64,000 nt of DNA from Pristiophorus japonicus (lineage: Eukaryota), in contig NC_091984.1 in the NCBI RefSeq assembly GCF_044704955.1, positions 145,080,001-145,144,000 of the forward strand, read 5' to 3'. Of the stretch, positions 35,583 to 49,689 are shown one piece after another. Below the pieces are notes generated by a model. It worked only from the letters and a program-made list of their open reading frames with translations, did not search any database and had not been told where the DNA came from. Each line of letters begins with the position of its first letter. Within the stretch, counting starts at the first letter, position 1. Position numbers and translations under genes: made by a program.

Positions 35583-38265
35583 AACATAAGAAATAAGAGC
35601 AGGAGTCGGGCACCTGGGACTTGAGCCTGCTCTGCCATTTAATAAGATCATGGCTGATCTGATCATGGACTCAGCTCCACTTTCCTGCCCGCTCCCCATA
35701 ACCCTTTATTCCCTTATCGCTCAAAAATCTATCTCGACCTTAAATATATTCAATGACCCAGCCTCCACAGCTCTCTGGGGCAGAGAATTCCACAGATTTA
35801 CAAGCCTCTGAGAGAAGAAATTCCTCCTCAACTGAATTTTAAATGGACGGCCCCTTATTCTGAGACTATGACCCCTAGTACTAGTTTCCCTTCTGAGTGG
35901 AAATATCCTCACTGCATCCACCTTGTCGCCCCCTCATTATCTGATGTCTTTCGATAAAATCACCTCTCGTTCTTCTGAACTCCAATGATTATAGGCCTAA
36001 CCTACTCAACCTATCCTCATAAGTCAACCCCCTCATCTCCAGAATCAACCTAGTGAACCTTCTCAGATCTGCCTCCAATGCAGGTCTATCCTTTCTTAAG
36101 TATGGTGACCAAAACTGTACGCAGTACTCCAGGTGTGGCCTCACCAATACCCTGTACAGTTGTAGCAGGATTTCTCTGCTTTTATACTCTATTCCCCTTG
36201 CAATAAAGGCCAACATTCTATTTGCCTTCCTGATTATTGCTTTACCCACAGACTAACTTTTTGTGTTTCATGCACAAGGTCCCTCTGTACTGCAGCAGGT
36301 TGCAATCTTTCTCCATTTGAAAATGAATTTGCTTTTCTATTCTTTCTGCCAAAGTGGAAAGCCTCACATTTTCCCACATTATACTCCACCTGCCAAATTT
36401 TTGCCCATTCACTTAGCTGGTCTATATCCCTTTACAGACTATTTGTGTCCTCCTCACAATTTACTTTCCCACCCATCTTTGTATTATAGGGTGATTGTTT
36501 TTCAATCTACTCTGATTCTTAGAAATCGACTGAAGACATACAATCACCCTCCCTGGCTGTATCTATTGTAGGTTCGTGGTCATTGGTTCTGTGCCCGGTT
36601 GGTTCTTCTTCTGGCCATTCTCTGCAATGCTGTTCCCTCCGTTTACACCATGTCCTTCCGTCCATTCGTCTGTTTCTTCTTTCGACCTGTGTCCATCTGT
36701 ACACGTATCCTTCTACTTCTTCTGTGTGCTTCTTCTTCCGTCTGTTCCTGTCCTTCATCCATCTTCTGCAGAGCTGCTTCTAGCTCACATATTTATATCC
36801 AGATTATGACTGATCTCCCACCACTGCGGGTTCTGATAAAGTGTTTACATAGATATATTTTATTGTGGTCCCCTTGGTTGATTGACTGCAATAATGGACT
36901 CATCTGTTTTACCATTTGCACACTGAGTCTGCAACGCTCAAGTTGCTTTCTCATCTTAACACCTCGTCCAAAATAATGTGCACCTAGTGTGGTTCCTTTG
37001 TTGTCCAGTATTTTTACAGACTTGGTGTCTCCAGTGAGCTTGTTTTCCCCACCCTGGTCAATCAAGTTCAGGGCCTCACGTAACAACTCCATTCTTGTTA
37101 TGCATGAAGTCAGTTTTGGTCCCTGACCAAGAATGCCCTTAATTGTCCAGCTTCGTTCCAAAAGCTGATATTAAATTCCAAAACCTTGTATTAATCTTTA
37201 GCTCATGGTCTCCTTCTGTGCTTTTCTGAAGATTAGTAACCTTACACTCCCTCCTTTAATGTTGCGTAAAAATAAAACTAGAGACATTACTTGTGGAGTT
37301 CTTCTTTTTTCATGAGCTCTTTTTGGGTGTATTGCAGTCTCAGTCAAAAACTCCAGATTACTTTATTTTCTTACATCAAAAAAGCAGTACTTTTTCGCGA
37401 CAAACCAACACTTTTACAACAAAAATATTCGGCCTTGATCTGACTTCAGTTTTATATACAAACACTTTGGCTTTGGTTCATCTTAGCAACCCTTCAAGAT
37501 TCCCTTCCTTTGTATTCTTTTTCAACTTACAGGATAAGATAAATAGTTGCACCACTATAACTAACTATACAATGGCTAGTGCATGAGACATGATTCAAAC
37601 CCAGAGGAGAATCTGAATATTGAATACCAAATCCCATTTTGGAGGGGCCATCACTTCCTCAAGATCCTCCCTCACTTTTTAATTTGTTTGGTGTAATGTG
37701 TAATCGTGTTTGTTGGATATTACAATGTCCTTCATTGTACCATCAGCAAACTTAGCTACATTACACTCGGTCCCTTCATCGAAGTCATTAATGTAGATAG
37801 TAAATAGATGAGGCCCAGCACTGATCCATGCGGCACTCCACTAGTTACCGTTTCCAATGGGAAAATGACCCATTTATGCCAACTCCCTGTTTTCTGTGAG
37901 TTAGCCAATTCTCTATCCATGCTAATATATTACCCACAAACCCATGAACTTTTATCTTGTGCCTTTTATGTGGTACCTCATCGAATGCCTTCTGGAAATC
38001 CAAATACACCACATCCACTACTTCCCCTTTAAATACCCTGCTCGTTACATCCTCAAAGAATTCCAGAAAATTTGTCAAACATGATTTCCCTTTCATAAAA
38101 CCATGCTGACTCTGCTTGATTGAACTACGCTTTTCCAAATGTCCTGCTCCTGCTTCCTTAATAATGGACTCCAGCATTTTCCCAACGACAGATGTTAGGC
38201 TAACTGGTCTATAGTTTCCTGCTTTCTGTCTGCCTCCTTTTTGAAATAGGGGCGTTACATTTGCT
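35583..38265 (-). mobile_element. CR1 LINE RT-to-3' end, interrupted at ~36484-37735
   Basis: QHGFMKGKSCLTN...LDFQKAF; RPHLEYCVQFW; ACATAAGAA tail near 35583. Confidence 0.88.
36484..37738 (-). mobile_element. Retroviral 3' fragment: env-like TM C-terminus, PPT, start of LTR
   Basis: Minus frame 37738-37478 gives heptad, W, hydrophobic stretch and basic tail with three stops; PPT AAAGGAGGGAG (37257-37247) followed by TGTAAGG; TATA-like GATATAAAT near 36795. Confidence 0.55.
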
Positions 38266-38329
38266 GTGCGTGCTTTGGAGAGGGCGTTAAAAGGAGCGGT
38301 GACATCCAGAATACCAGATTTTGCCTCAA

Positions 38330-38740
38330 TTCAACAACAACAACTTGTATTTATATAGCGCCTTTAAAGTAGTGAAACGTCCCAAGGCACTTCCCAGGAG
38401 TATTATGAGATACAAAATTTGACACCGAGTCACATAAGAAGAAATTAGTGTAGGTGACCAAAGAGGTATATTTTAAGGATCGTCTTGAAGGAGGAAAGAG
38501 AGTTAGAGAGGCGGAGAGGTTTAGGGAGAGAGTTCCAGAGCTTGGGGTCTCGGTAACAGAAGGCACGGCCACCAATGGTTGAGTGATTATAATCAGGGAT
38601 GCTCAGGAGGGCAGAATTGGAGGAGCGCAGACATCTCAGGGGGTTATGGGGCTGGAGGAGATTTCAGAGATAGGGAGGGGCGAGATCATGGAGGGATTTA
38701 AAAACAAAGATGAGAAGTTTAAAAATTGAGGCATTGCTGA
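38330..38740 (-). mobile_element. L2 LINE 3' end with (CAA)n tail
   Basis: caacaacaacaacttgtatttatatagcgcc; FKLLIFVFKSLHDLAPPYL. Confidence 0.8.
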
Positions 38741-39885
38741 ACTGGAAGCTGATGTCAGTCTCCACCTTCCCCCCACTGAGCCATTCTCCCCACCTCCACC
38801 TCGAGCCGCTCCCCCGCCTCCCTCCCTCACTCCCGCCCTCCTCACACCACATCCCTCAGCCTCCCTCCCCCCGATCCCAACTCAGTCCCCACTCCCTCCC
38901 CACCTCCCTGCCCCCCTACCTCACACTCCTCTCCTCCCCCCTCCCATCCCCTCTGCCCCTCCCGAGCCGGAGTAGGCCATTTGGCCCCTCAAGCCTGCTC
39001 CGCCATTCAATGAGATCATGGCTGATCTTCCACCTCAACTCCACTTTCCTGCACTGTCCCCATATCTCTCGATTCCCTTAATATCCAAAAATCTATTTAT
39101 CTCCATCTTGTATATACTCAAAGACTGAGGGGTCAACTTTCCGCTCGAGTTGCTCCTTTTTTTTGGAGCAACTGGTTTAGAATGGAGTATCTTAAAAATT
39201 GCAAATCTCGGCATTTAATTTGCTCCAGTTCCAGTGAGTTGGAACAGTTTCATTTTGGAACAGATTTCTTTTTTCAAAAGGGGGCATGTGTGGCCACTTA
39301 CGCCTGTTTTGAAAGTTTAGGCAGCGAAAACTTACTCCAAACTAACTTAGAATGGAGCAAGTGTAGATTTTTGTACGCTCAGAAAAACCTTGTCTGCACT
39401 TTAGAAATCAGACGTAGGTTACAAATCAGGCAGAGGGAATGAGGCGGGGAGGGGGGAAGTAATTAAATTCTACAAGCATTCAACAGTCTTACTTAGACAA
39501 ATAAATAGCCAGCCTGAATAAAAAATTATAAACAAAGCAAATACAAAATATTGAATATTCCTACCTGTGTGAAGTAGCAGCAGCCTTCGGGCTGCGGTGC
39601 TTCAGGCAGGCCTTCCTTCCATGTTGGAGACAGGGGCGGCCTCAGTGACTCAATGGCAGCCGAAGACACAGCAAGCAGCCTTCGAGCTGCGAGGGTAACT
39701 GAGGCCATTCGGCCACGGGATAGAGGCGGTGGCAGAGGCTGACGGCGGCCGAAGACACAGCAAGCAGCCTTCGAGCTGCGAGGGTAACTGAGGCTATTCG
39801 GCCAGGGGACAGGGTAGGCGTGTAAAGCACCGGGAGGGACAGGCAGCCAGCTAGCCAGTTTGAAACTTACATTTGTAATTGCAGA

Positions 39886-41091
39886 ATGGGTGCTGCATTG
39901 TCAACACCACGGATGATGAAATGGTTCGCCAGCAATTCACTGCATAGGAGAGAATTGATTAGAGCTCACCGCACCAGGAACTTCATAGCCCGTAGGCTGA
40001 TGGGCAGGAGACCTTACCCACATCGGCAATATCGAGCCAGGCACTCGTACCTGGACATGAGCGAGGCTGATAGTATCAAAAGGCTACGTTGCCACAGAGA
40101 AGTTGTTGTTGAGATCTGTGATATGCTGAGAGCAGATTTGCAGCCCAGAAGCAGAACACCAACTGCCTTGTCTGTTGAAGTGAAGAGAGCAGCTGCACTG
40201 GCCTTCTATGCCTCGGGATCGTTTCAGGTTACAACTGGAGATGTGTGCACCATCTCTCAATGTGCAATTCATGCCTGCGTTTAGCAGGTCACGGCTGCAC
40301 TGTATGCGCAGAGGAATGACTTCATCAATTTCCCAATGACCGCATGAGGGCTGTGAGGCTTCTTCAGGATTGCTGGCTTCCCAAAGGTACAGGGCTGCAT
40401 TGATTGTACCCACATCGCCTTGCGAGAACCTGTGGAGGATTCTGAGCAGTACAGGAATAGAAAAGGTTTCCGCTCCATCAATGTGCCGCTCGTGTGTGAT
40501 GACAAGCAGCGCATCATGTCAGTCGATGTGACATACCCTGGCAGCACAGATGATGCCTTCATCCGACGCGACAGCATTATATCTGACATGTTTGAGCAAC
40601 AACCAGAAGGGCAGAGCTGGCTACTGGGAGACAAAGTGTACGGCCTGGCCACCTGACTCATGACGCCCCTACGCTTGATACGGACGGAAGCTGACCGTCA
40701 ATACAACATGGTGCACATTGCGACGCGCAGCATCATTGAGAGGACCATTGGCATATTGAAACAGCGTTTCCGATGCCTGGACCATTCCGGAGGCCACTTG
40801 CAATACTCTCCTCAGATTGTCAGTCACTTCACTGTTGTGTGCTGCATGCTCCATAACTTAGCCATCATGGGGCAGCAGGAGCTGGTAGTGGAACCAGAAG
40901 ATCCACATGAGGGGCCAGTGCCTGATGATAGTAATTTGGAAGAGCAGGATGAGGATGATGACGATGATCAGGAAAGCATGCAAGTGCCTGATGCCGGAGC
41001 ACGAGGTCGGAGGAGGGCCGTCCATCGTGCTCCTTTAACAATTGCTCGAGCCCTGACCCACCAGCTCATCCGTGAACGCTTCAATTACTGA
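39886..41091 (+). pseudogene. Harbinger DDE transposase (HARBI1-like), disrupted
   Basis: LAFYASGSFQ; GFPKVQGCIDCTHI; YRNRKGFRSIN; YPGSTDDAFI; WLLGDKVY; TRSIIERTIGILKQRFRCL; CCMLHN. Stops at 40282 and 40654, frameshift near 40345. Confidence 0.92.
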
Positions 41092-41586
41092 TGCCTGAGG
41101 GCTCTGCGACAACTGTTGCGCATGGACATGTTTATTCTTTGGAGTTGTTCCTATGTTGTGTTGTGTTAACGGAACATGATTCAGTTTTAATGAAAACATA
41201 TTTTATTGAAAAGTTAACGTCACTGTAATAAAATATTTGTTGTATCAAACTTTACTTTTTAATATTACTCTTAAGATCACTTAAAAACTTTAAGATCACT
41301 TATAAACTTGTAAAGTTACAAAACAATTTCAACGTAAAAAATCTTACATTCTTAAGATCACTTAAACTTCAAGATCACTTTTTAGGTGCAAAATTATATA
41401 AGTTACAAAAAGTGCGAGCATTTACACTATAAGATCACTTAAAAACCGTAAGATCACTTAAAAGTTGTGAAATTACAAAAGTTACAAAACAATTTCAAGT
41501 GAAAAACTACATCAAGAACAAGAACAAAAGCAGCAAAGAACGGCTGTAACCATCTCTCATCCACATCTCAGTGAATGTTCACTTCT

Positions 41587-43512
41587 TCATGGGGGTGTCA
41601 TTTGATTGGCGGGGCTGTGTGCCCTTATTGCAGCAGCTACCTCCATGAGGGCCTGTGCCTTCACTTGCATGCCCTTTCTGACGGCCTGTGCCGTCAGTAG
41701 CACTCCCTCGCACATTCCCTCCCTAAGTTCCCGTGTCATTACTGCTATTTCTCCCATCAGGACCGTCACCTCTTCACCCACTGCACTGACGCTACCGATG
41801 AGTGATCGGGTAAGCTCATTGGTCTTCATACCCAATGCCACAACCTGAGCCGCATCTGTTGCACGCTGCATCTCAGGAGAGCGTGTCTCCAATCTCCTTC
41901 TCCTCTGCCTGGGCCTGCCTCGCGGCACCACTACACTGGGAGGCGCGGACAGGGACGGTGGGATGCTCGGTGTTCCAAACGCCACCACTACACAGGGAGG
42001 CGCGGGCTGGGACGGTGGGACGCTCTGTGATCCAGACGGCAGTACGAGAGAGAGAGGCGTGGACTGGGACGGTGGGACACTCTGTGTTCCAGACGGCAGT
42101 ACGAGAGAGAGAGGCGTGGACTGGGACGGTGGGACACTCTGTGTTCCAGACGGCAGTACGAGAGAGAGAGGCGTGGGCTGGGACGGTGGGACGCTCTGTG
42201 ATCCAGACGGCAGTACAAGAGAGAGAAGTGCGGGCTGGGACGGTGAGGCACTCTGTGTTCCAGACGGCAGTACTAGAGAGAGAGGCGTGGGCTGGGACGG
42301 TGGGATGCTCTGTGTTCCAGACGGCAGTACTAGAGAGAGAGGCGCAGGCTGAGATGGTGAGGCGCTCAGTGTTCCAGACGGCAGTACTAGAGAGAGAGGC
42401 GCAGGCTGAGATGGTGAGGCGCTCGGTGTTCCAGACAGCAGAACTCGAGTGCGAGCCGTGGGCTGGGATGGTGGATGAATGGATGTAAACTGCTCCATGA
42501 TATCACCAGCACCACTGGGACCCACAACGTCGGAATCAAAACCATGGAAGGTGGAACCAGAACCTATGCGAGTGGGAGGCGCAGGCTCGGACTCTGGTGC
42601 ACTGGCTGTAAACTGATACATTATACCAGCAGCACCACTGGGACCCGCAACATCGGAATCAAAACCATGGAAGGTGGAACCAAATCCGATGCCAGGGGTT
42701 GAAACTCAGATTCCCCTTATTGGGGGCTCATCAACATTAATTTGGAAGTTCTCCCTGTAGACATTTCAGTCATCGCCGCCAGCATCCAGTCTGGATCGTC
42801 CGCATCTGGTTGTACTGGTTCTTGTTCTGTATCTTCAGGATCCTCAGGGTTGGCATCATCATCATCATCATGTTCTGCAAAATATATCAGAACAGTCAAA
42901 TGTTTAACAGCAAGGGAGGGGGCAGGATGGGGGGCATGAGTACTCTCACACATAAAAGGCCAGGCAGCAGGTTGATTTGAAGGGCCACGATGCATTTTCA
43001 GGACTTACCCTCTTCCTCGCGTGTGCTGTACTGAATGCTTTTCTCCATGTACGACTCATCATGGCAGCTACCCTCCGTTCCAAGGGTGTCAGTTGCTGCA
43101 GATTGAGCATGCCTCCTCCTGTTCGAGTTGCTTCCCTTTTGTTGTGGGCCACTTTCTTCTGCAAAGAGTTAAACATAACTTTTTACAAAGTGCGTCTTTC
43201 TGCAGGGCGGGACATACAGATAGTCACATTACAATTACGATTACATTAAAAAATGAAAATATTACTTACACTAACTACTTGACCAAGATCGTGCCATTTC
43301 TTTTTACACTGGCTTCCAGATCTCATGGAATGCACCACTGCGCAGTAATCTTCTGCAACTTGGTTCCAGCGTTTTTTCATTTCTTTAGGTGGCACTTTTA
43401 TGTGACCTCTGTTGCTGGTATCGAGCTCCTGCTATCTCTGCTCAATGACATTAACTAATATCTCCACTTCCTCATGCAAGAAATTCTTTGTTCTTGGTGG
43501 ATGTTGTTCCAT
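41587..43512 (-). pseudogene. Harbinger Myb/SANT-like DNA-binding protein, intron-containing, with a 20-aa Pro/Ser repeat tract
   Basis: MEQHPPRTKNFLHEEVEILV...KKRWNQVA...RSGSQCKKKWHDL (one in-frame stop); GTAAGT donor near 43270; second exon KKVAHNKREATRTGGG; 60-bp repeats at ~41940-42440. Confidence 0.82.
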
Positions 43513-44865
43513 TGCTGTATTGAATTGAAACTCTTACTTTTCAAAACACAGTCCTTATTTTGCATGCACCTATGTAGAACCTGTTTTGGAAGTTTAGCGG
43601 TGAAAAGCAGCACTCACTGATTTCAGCAGGTGATTTCTTCAACAGTGCTGCTAAAAACACTCTTTCAGACATCAAAATTCAATCCCAAGCCTTTCCAGAG
43701 GTCCACAAGACAAACCAGCACATTTCTTCAAGTTCCTTTAAAATGGCCGAGTGCCAATGTTTATGGGCTACTGCGCGGGCGCACGTGCTCCAACACGCAC
43801 GGCGCAGGGCTGTCGGCAGGACGTTCTCTCATTTGACTTAGCCCCGCCCCCCTGCACTTGCAGAATTGGCGCGACTCTGTGGCTCCGCCCCCTGCTGATG
43901 TCTGTGCACCGCGCCGAGCTGCGAGGGACCTGCAGGGAGCCCGAGAATTGCAAGGTACATTTTTGTCGCGCTTTTAGGCACGAAAAACGGGTGTCCATGT
44001 CGGGGCTGCGCCGTTCTAGGCGCGGCCTGAAACTTGACCCCTGAGACTCCTCAGCCCTCTGGGGTAGAGAATTACAGAGATTCACCACCCTCTGAGTGAA
44101 GAGGTTTCTCCTCATCTCAGTCCTAAATGGCCGACCTCTTATTCTGAGACTGTGACCCCTGGTTCTAGACTCCCCAGCCAGAGGAAACATCCTCCCTGCA
44201 TCTACCCTGTCAAGCCCTGTCAGAATTGTATATGTTTCAATGGGATGCCCTCTCATTCTTCTGAACTCTCGAGAGTATAGGCCTTGGAACTTGTGGAACC
44301 AAGGCGGGTAGATGGAGTTCAGATACAGATGAGCCGTGATCTGATTAAATGGGGGAACAGGCTCGAGGGGCTGAATGGCCTCCTCCTGTTCATTATGTCC
44401 AGCAGCAGCTGTGAACCTCTCCGCAACCTCATCTTGACTTTTATCAGTCGCATCAGAGCCTTGATCCCCTCACCAGGGGGCTGGTGTTTCCAGATCAATG
44501 TCCAACTGATCGATGCCATGAGTCAGACTCAGTAAGTGCTGTCAGTGGATGGAAAGGCTGCTCTAACTGCAGCCTTGTTCTAATGCATATGGGGAGGGGC
44601 AACAAGGCAAGGGAATACACAATAAATGGGAGGGTACTGAGAGGGGTGGAGGAACGGAGGGACTTTGGAGTGCATGTCCACAGATCCCTGAAGGTAGCTG
44701 GCCAGGTCGATAAGGTGGTTAAAAAGGCATACGGAATACTTGCCTTTATTAGCCGAGGCATAGAATACAAGAGCTGGGAGGTTATGCTTGAACTGTATAA
44801 ATCACTATTTAGGCCACAGCTAGAGTACTGCGTACAGTTCTGGTCATCACAGGGCTATGGACCCA

Positions 44866-47800
44866 TAGAAACATAGAAACATAGAAAATAGCTGCAGGAG
44901 TAAGCCATTCGGCCCTTCGAGCCTGCACCATCATTCAATAAGATCATGGCTGATCATTCCCTCAGTACCCCTTTCCTGCTTTCTCTCCATACCTCTTGAT
45001 CCCTTTAGCCGAAAGGGCCATATCTAACTCCTTCTTGAATATATCCAATGAACTGGCATCAATAACTCTCTGCGGGAGGTAATTCCACAGGTTAACAACT
45101 CTCTGAGTGAAGAAGTTTCTCCTCATCTCAGTCCTAAATGGCATACCCCTTATCCTAAGACTGTGTCCCCTGGTTCTGGACTTCCCCATCATCGGGTTCA
45201 TTCTTCCTGCATCTAACCTGGTCAGTCCCATCAGAATCTTATAGGTTTCTATGAGATACCCTCTCATCCTTCTAAACTCCAGTGTCTAAATGCCCAGTTG
45301 ATCCAGTCTCTCCTCATAAGTCAGCCCTGCCACCCCGTGAATCAGTCTGGTGAACCTTCGCTGCACTCCCTCAATAGCAAGAACAGCCTTCCTCAGATTA
45401 GGAGACCCAAACAAAAAACAATGTTCCAGCTGAGGCCTCACATAGGCCCTGTATAACTGCAGTAAGACCTCCCTGCTCCTATACACAAATCCCCTAGCTA
45501 TGAAGACCAACATACCATTTGCCTTCTTCACCGACTGCTGAACCTGCATGCCAACTTTCAATGACTGATGAAGCATGACACCCAAGTCTCATTGCACCTC
45601 GCACTTTCCTAATCTGCCACCATTCAGATAATACTCTGCCCTCGTGTTTTTGCCCCCAAAGTGGATAACCTCACATTTATCCACATTATACTGCATCTGG
45701 CATGCATTTGCCCACTCACCCAACCTGTCCAAATCACCCTGCAGTCTCTTAACATCCTCCTCACAACTCACACCGCCACCCAGTTTAGTGTCATCTGCAA
45801 ACTTGGAGATATTACAATCAATTCCTTCATCTAAATCATTGATGTATATTGTAAAGAGCTGGGGTCCCAGCACTGAGCCCTGCGGCACCCCACTAGTCAC
45901 TGCCTGCCATTCTGAAAAGGACGTGTATATCCCGACTCCCTGCTTCCTGTCTGCCAACCAGTTCTCTCTCCACGTCAGTATATTATCCCAATACCATGTG
46001 CTTTGCTATTGCACACCAATCTCTTGTGTGGGACCTTGGCAAAAGCCTTTTGAAAGTCCAAATACACCATATCCACTGGTTCTCCCTTGTCCACTCTACT
46101 AGTTACATCCTCAAAAAATTCCAGAACATTTGTCAAGCATGATTTCCCTTTCATAAATCCATGCTAACTTGGACCGATCCTGTCACTGCTTTCCAAATGC
46201 GCTGCTATTTCATCTTTAATAATTGATTCCAACATTTTCCCCACTACTGATGTCAGGCTAACCGATCTATAATTACCCATTTTCTCTCCCTGCATTTTTA
46301 AACAGTGGTGTTACATTAGCTACCCTCCAGTCCATAGGAACTGATCCAGAGTCAATAGACTGTTGGAAAATTATCATCAATGCATCCACTATTTCTAGGG
46401 CCTCATCCTTAATACTCTGAGATGCAGACTATCAGGCTCCGGGGATTTATCGGCCTTCAATCCCATCAATTTCGCTAACACAATTTCCCACTTTATAAGG
46501 ACATCCTTCAGTTCCTCCTTCTCACTAGATCCTCGGTTCCCTAGTATTTCCGGAAGGTTATTTGTATCTTCCTTTGTGAAAACAGAACCAAAGTATTTGT
46601 TTAACTGGTCCGCCATTTCTTTGTTCCCCATTATAAATTCACCTGAATCTGACCGCAAGGGACTTACGTTTGTTTTCACTAATCTTTTTCTCTTCACATA
46701 TCTATAGAAGCTTTTCCAGTCAGTTTTTATTTTCCCAGCAAGCTTCCTCTCATATTCTATTTTCCCCCTCCTAATTAAACCCTTTGTCCTCCTCTGCCGT
46801 ATTGCAGAATTCTCCCAGCCCTCAGGTTTGCTGTCTTTTCTGGCCTATTTATATGCCTCTTCCTTGCATTTAACACTATCCTTAATTTCCCTTGTTCGCC
46901 ACGGTTGAGCCGCCTTCCCCGTTTTATTTTTACTCCAGACAGGGATGTACAATTGTTGAAGTTCATCCCTGTGATCTTTAAATGTTTGCCATTGCCTATC
47001 CACCTTCCACCCTTTAAGTATCATTTACCAGTCTTTTCTAGCCAATTCACATCTCATACCATTGAAGTTACCTTTCCCCAAGTTCACGAACCTAGTCTCT
47101 GAATTAACTGTGTCACTCTCCATCTTAATAAAGAATTCCACCATATTATGGTCACTCTTCCCCAAGGGGCTTCACACAACAAGATTATTAATTCGTCCTT
47201 TCTCATTACACATCACCCAGCCTAGGATGGCCAGCCCTCTAGTTGGTTCATCGATATATTGGTCTAGAAAACCATCCCTAATACATTCCAGGACATCCTC
47301 CTCCACCGCATTGCTACCAGTTTGGTGAGCCCAGTCAATATGTAGATTGAAGTCATCCATGATAACTGCTGTACCGTTATTGCACGCATCCCTAATTTCT
47401 TGTTTGATGCTGTCCCCATCCTCATTCGTACTGTTTGGTGGTCTGTACACAACTCCCACTAACGTTTTCTGCCCTTCGGTATTCCGTATTTCCACCCATA
47501 CAAATTCCACATCATCCAAGCTAATGTCCTTCCTTAATATTGTATTAATTTCCTCTTTAACCAGCAACACCACCCACCTCCTTTTCCTTTCTGTCTATCC
47601 TTCCTAAATGTTGAATATCCCTGGATGTTGAGTTTCCAGCCTTGGTCACCCTGGAGCCATGTCTCCGTGATGCCAGTTACATCATATCCGTTAACTGCTA
47701 TCTGCGCAATTAATTCTTCCACCTTATTCCGAATACTCCTCGCATTGAGGCACAGAGTCTTCAGGCTTCTCTTTTTAACGCCCTTTGTCCCTTTAGGATT

Positions 47801-49000
47801 TTGCTGTAATGTGGCCCTTTTTGCTTTTTGCCTTGGGTTTCTCTGCCCTCCACTTTTACTTTTCTTCTTTCTATCTTTTGCTTCTGCAAACACTCCCCCT
47901 AGGACATTGGTTCCAGTCCTGCCCAGGTGCAGACCGTCCGGTTTGTACTGGTCCCACCTCCCCCAGAACCGGTTCCAATGCCCCTGGAATTTGAATCCCT
48001 CCCTTCTGCACCACTCCTCAAGCCATGTAGTCATCTGAGCTATCCTGCGATTCCTACTCTGACTAGCACGTGGCACTGGTAGAAATCCTGAGATTACTAC
48101 TTTTTAATTTTGCTCCTAGCTCCCTAAATTCGTCTTGTCGGACCTCATCCTGTTTTTTACCTATATCCTTGGTACCTATATGCATCACGACAACTGGCTG
48201 TTTACACACACCCTTAAAAATGTCCTGCACCCGCTCCGAGACATCCTTGACCCTTGTACCAGGGAGGCAACATACCATCCTGGGGTCTCGGTTGAGCCGC
48301 AGAAATGTCTGTCTATTCCCCTTACAATAGAATCCCCTATCACTATAGCTCTCCCACTCTTTTTCCTGCCCTCCTATGCAGCAGAGCCACCCAAGGTGCC
48401 ATGGAGTTGGCTGCTGCTGCCCTCCCCTGATGAGTCATCCCCCTCAACAGTACCCAAAGCAGTGTATCTGTTTTGCAGGGGGTTGACCGCAGGGGATTCC
48501 TTCCACTGCTCTTCCTGTTGGCCACCCATCCCCTATCTGGCTGTGTAACCTTTAACTGCGGTAAGACCAACTCACGAAATGTGCTATGTACGACATCCTC
48601 AGCATCGCGCATGCTCCAGAGTGAATCCACCTGCAGCTCCCGTGCCGCAATTCGGTCTGTCAGGAGCTGCAGCCGGATACACTTCCCGCATATGTAGTCA
48701 TCAGGGACACTGGAAGCGTTCCTGACTTCCCACATAGTACAGGAGGAGCATAACACGTGTCCGAGCTCTCCTGCCATGACTTAACCTCTAGATTAACTTA
48801 ATTTGGCAACAATAATGCTAAAGATTACTTCCTGATAAAGAAAAGAAAAAGAAAAAACTACTGACCAATCACTTACCCCCTTGGCTGTGACGTCACCTTT
48901 CGATTTCTTTCTACTTCTTTTTTGCTTTCTCTCCCTGCTGCAGCTGCACCAGCTGGGCCTTTATAGGCCGCTCCGACGTCCCCGAACCTCTTGCTGTCAT
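44866..49000 (-). mobile_element. Near full-length CR1 LINE (ORF1 zinc finger and SGNH esterase; ORF2 APE-RT; ACATAGAA tail)
   Basis: CSSCTMWE...ICGKC (48343-48777); VCCLPGTRV..HIGTKDI; LCLNARSI..ITETW; KADKSP; GVPQGSVLGP..KFADDTK; tail 44866-44890. Confidence 0.92.
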
Positions 49001-49689
49001 GTCACACTTCGTTTTCTTTTTCTCCCAGGTCGGGGAGTCAGCACTAGTAGGGGAAACAAGACAAAGCAACACTTCCCGCTCCCACTTGCCCGAACTCACC
49101 CACTTACCAAACTCTTACCTTTGCACTCTGACCTGCCGCAGCACTCCAACCCAGAGCTGGAAAGTGGGATTAGGCTGAGTAGCTCTTTGTTGGCCGGCGT
49201 GGACACGATAGGCCGAAATGGTCTCCTTCAGTGCTGTAATTTTCTGTGATTCTATGATCGTGCTGGTGGTGTTGACCACTTCAAAAGTCGCAGCATACAT
49301 TTTATTGAAGCTATTTCCATTCCCGGTTTCCCCGTTGCCAATAATTGGATCAATCTATGCTGTAGCGCCTCCTGGTGGTATATCTATATGGGCTCCACCC
49401 AAACCCCTGCTTTCAAACCTTGAACCCACATTGTCTATGCTAGCTGGAGCCCCGCTCCTTAATCACAGCATCTCACAGCACAGAGGAAGGCCAATAGGCC
49501 CATCAAACCTGTGCTGGCTCTTTGAAAGAGCTATGGACTACTATGGCCAGGACTAAAGATCCAGAGACACGAGTTCACATTCCACCATGGCAGCTGGGGA
49601 ATTTAAATTCAGTTAATTAAATAAATCTGGAATAAAAAGCTAGTGTCAGTAATGGTGACCATGAAAATGCCGGATTGTCGTAAAAAACG

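Larger units (their letters stand above)
39129..44041. mobile_element. Complete PIF/Harbinger DNA transposon (two convergent genes) inserted in a CR1 3' end
   Basis: TIRs GGGGTCAACTTTC / GAAACTTGACCCC; 3-bp TSD TGA (39126-39128, 44042-44044); host CR1 continuous across the insertion. Confidence 0.93.

Noticed and set aside
39886-41091. Host HARBI1 gene
   Set aside because: Lies within TIRs and TSD with a Myb partner and carries stops; it is a transposon copy.
41835-42488. Plus-strand repeat ORFs (217 aa, 129 aa)
   Set aside because: Antisense frames of the 60-bp repeat in the Harbinger Myb gene.
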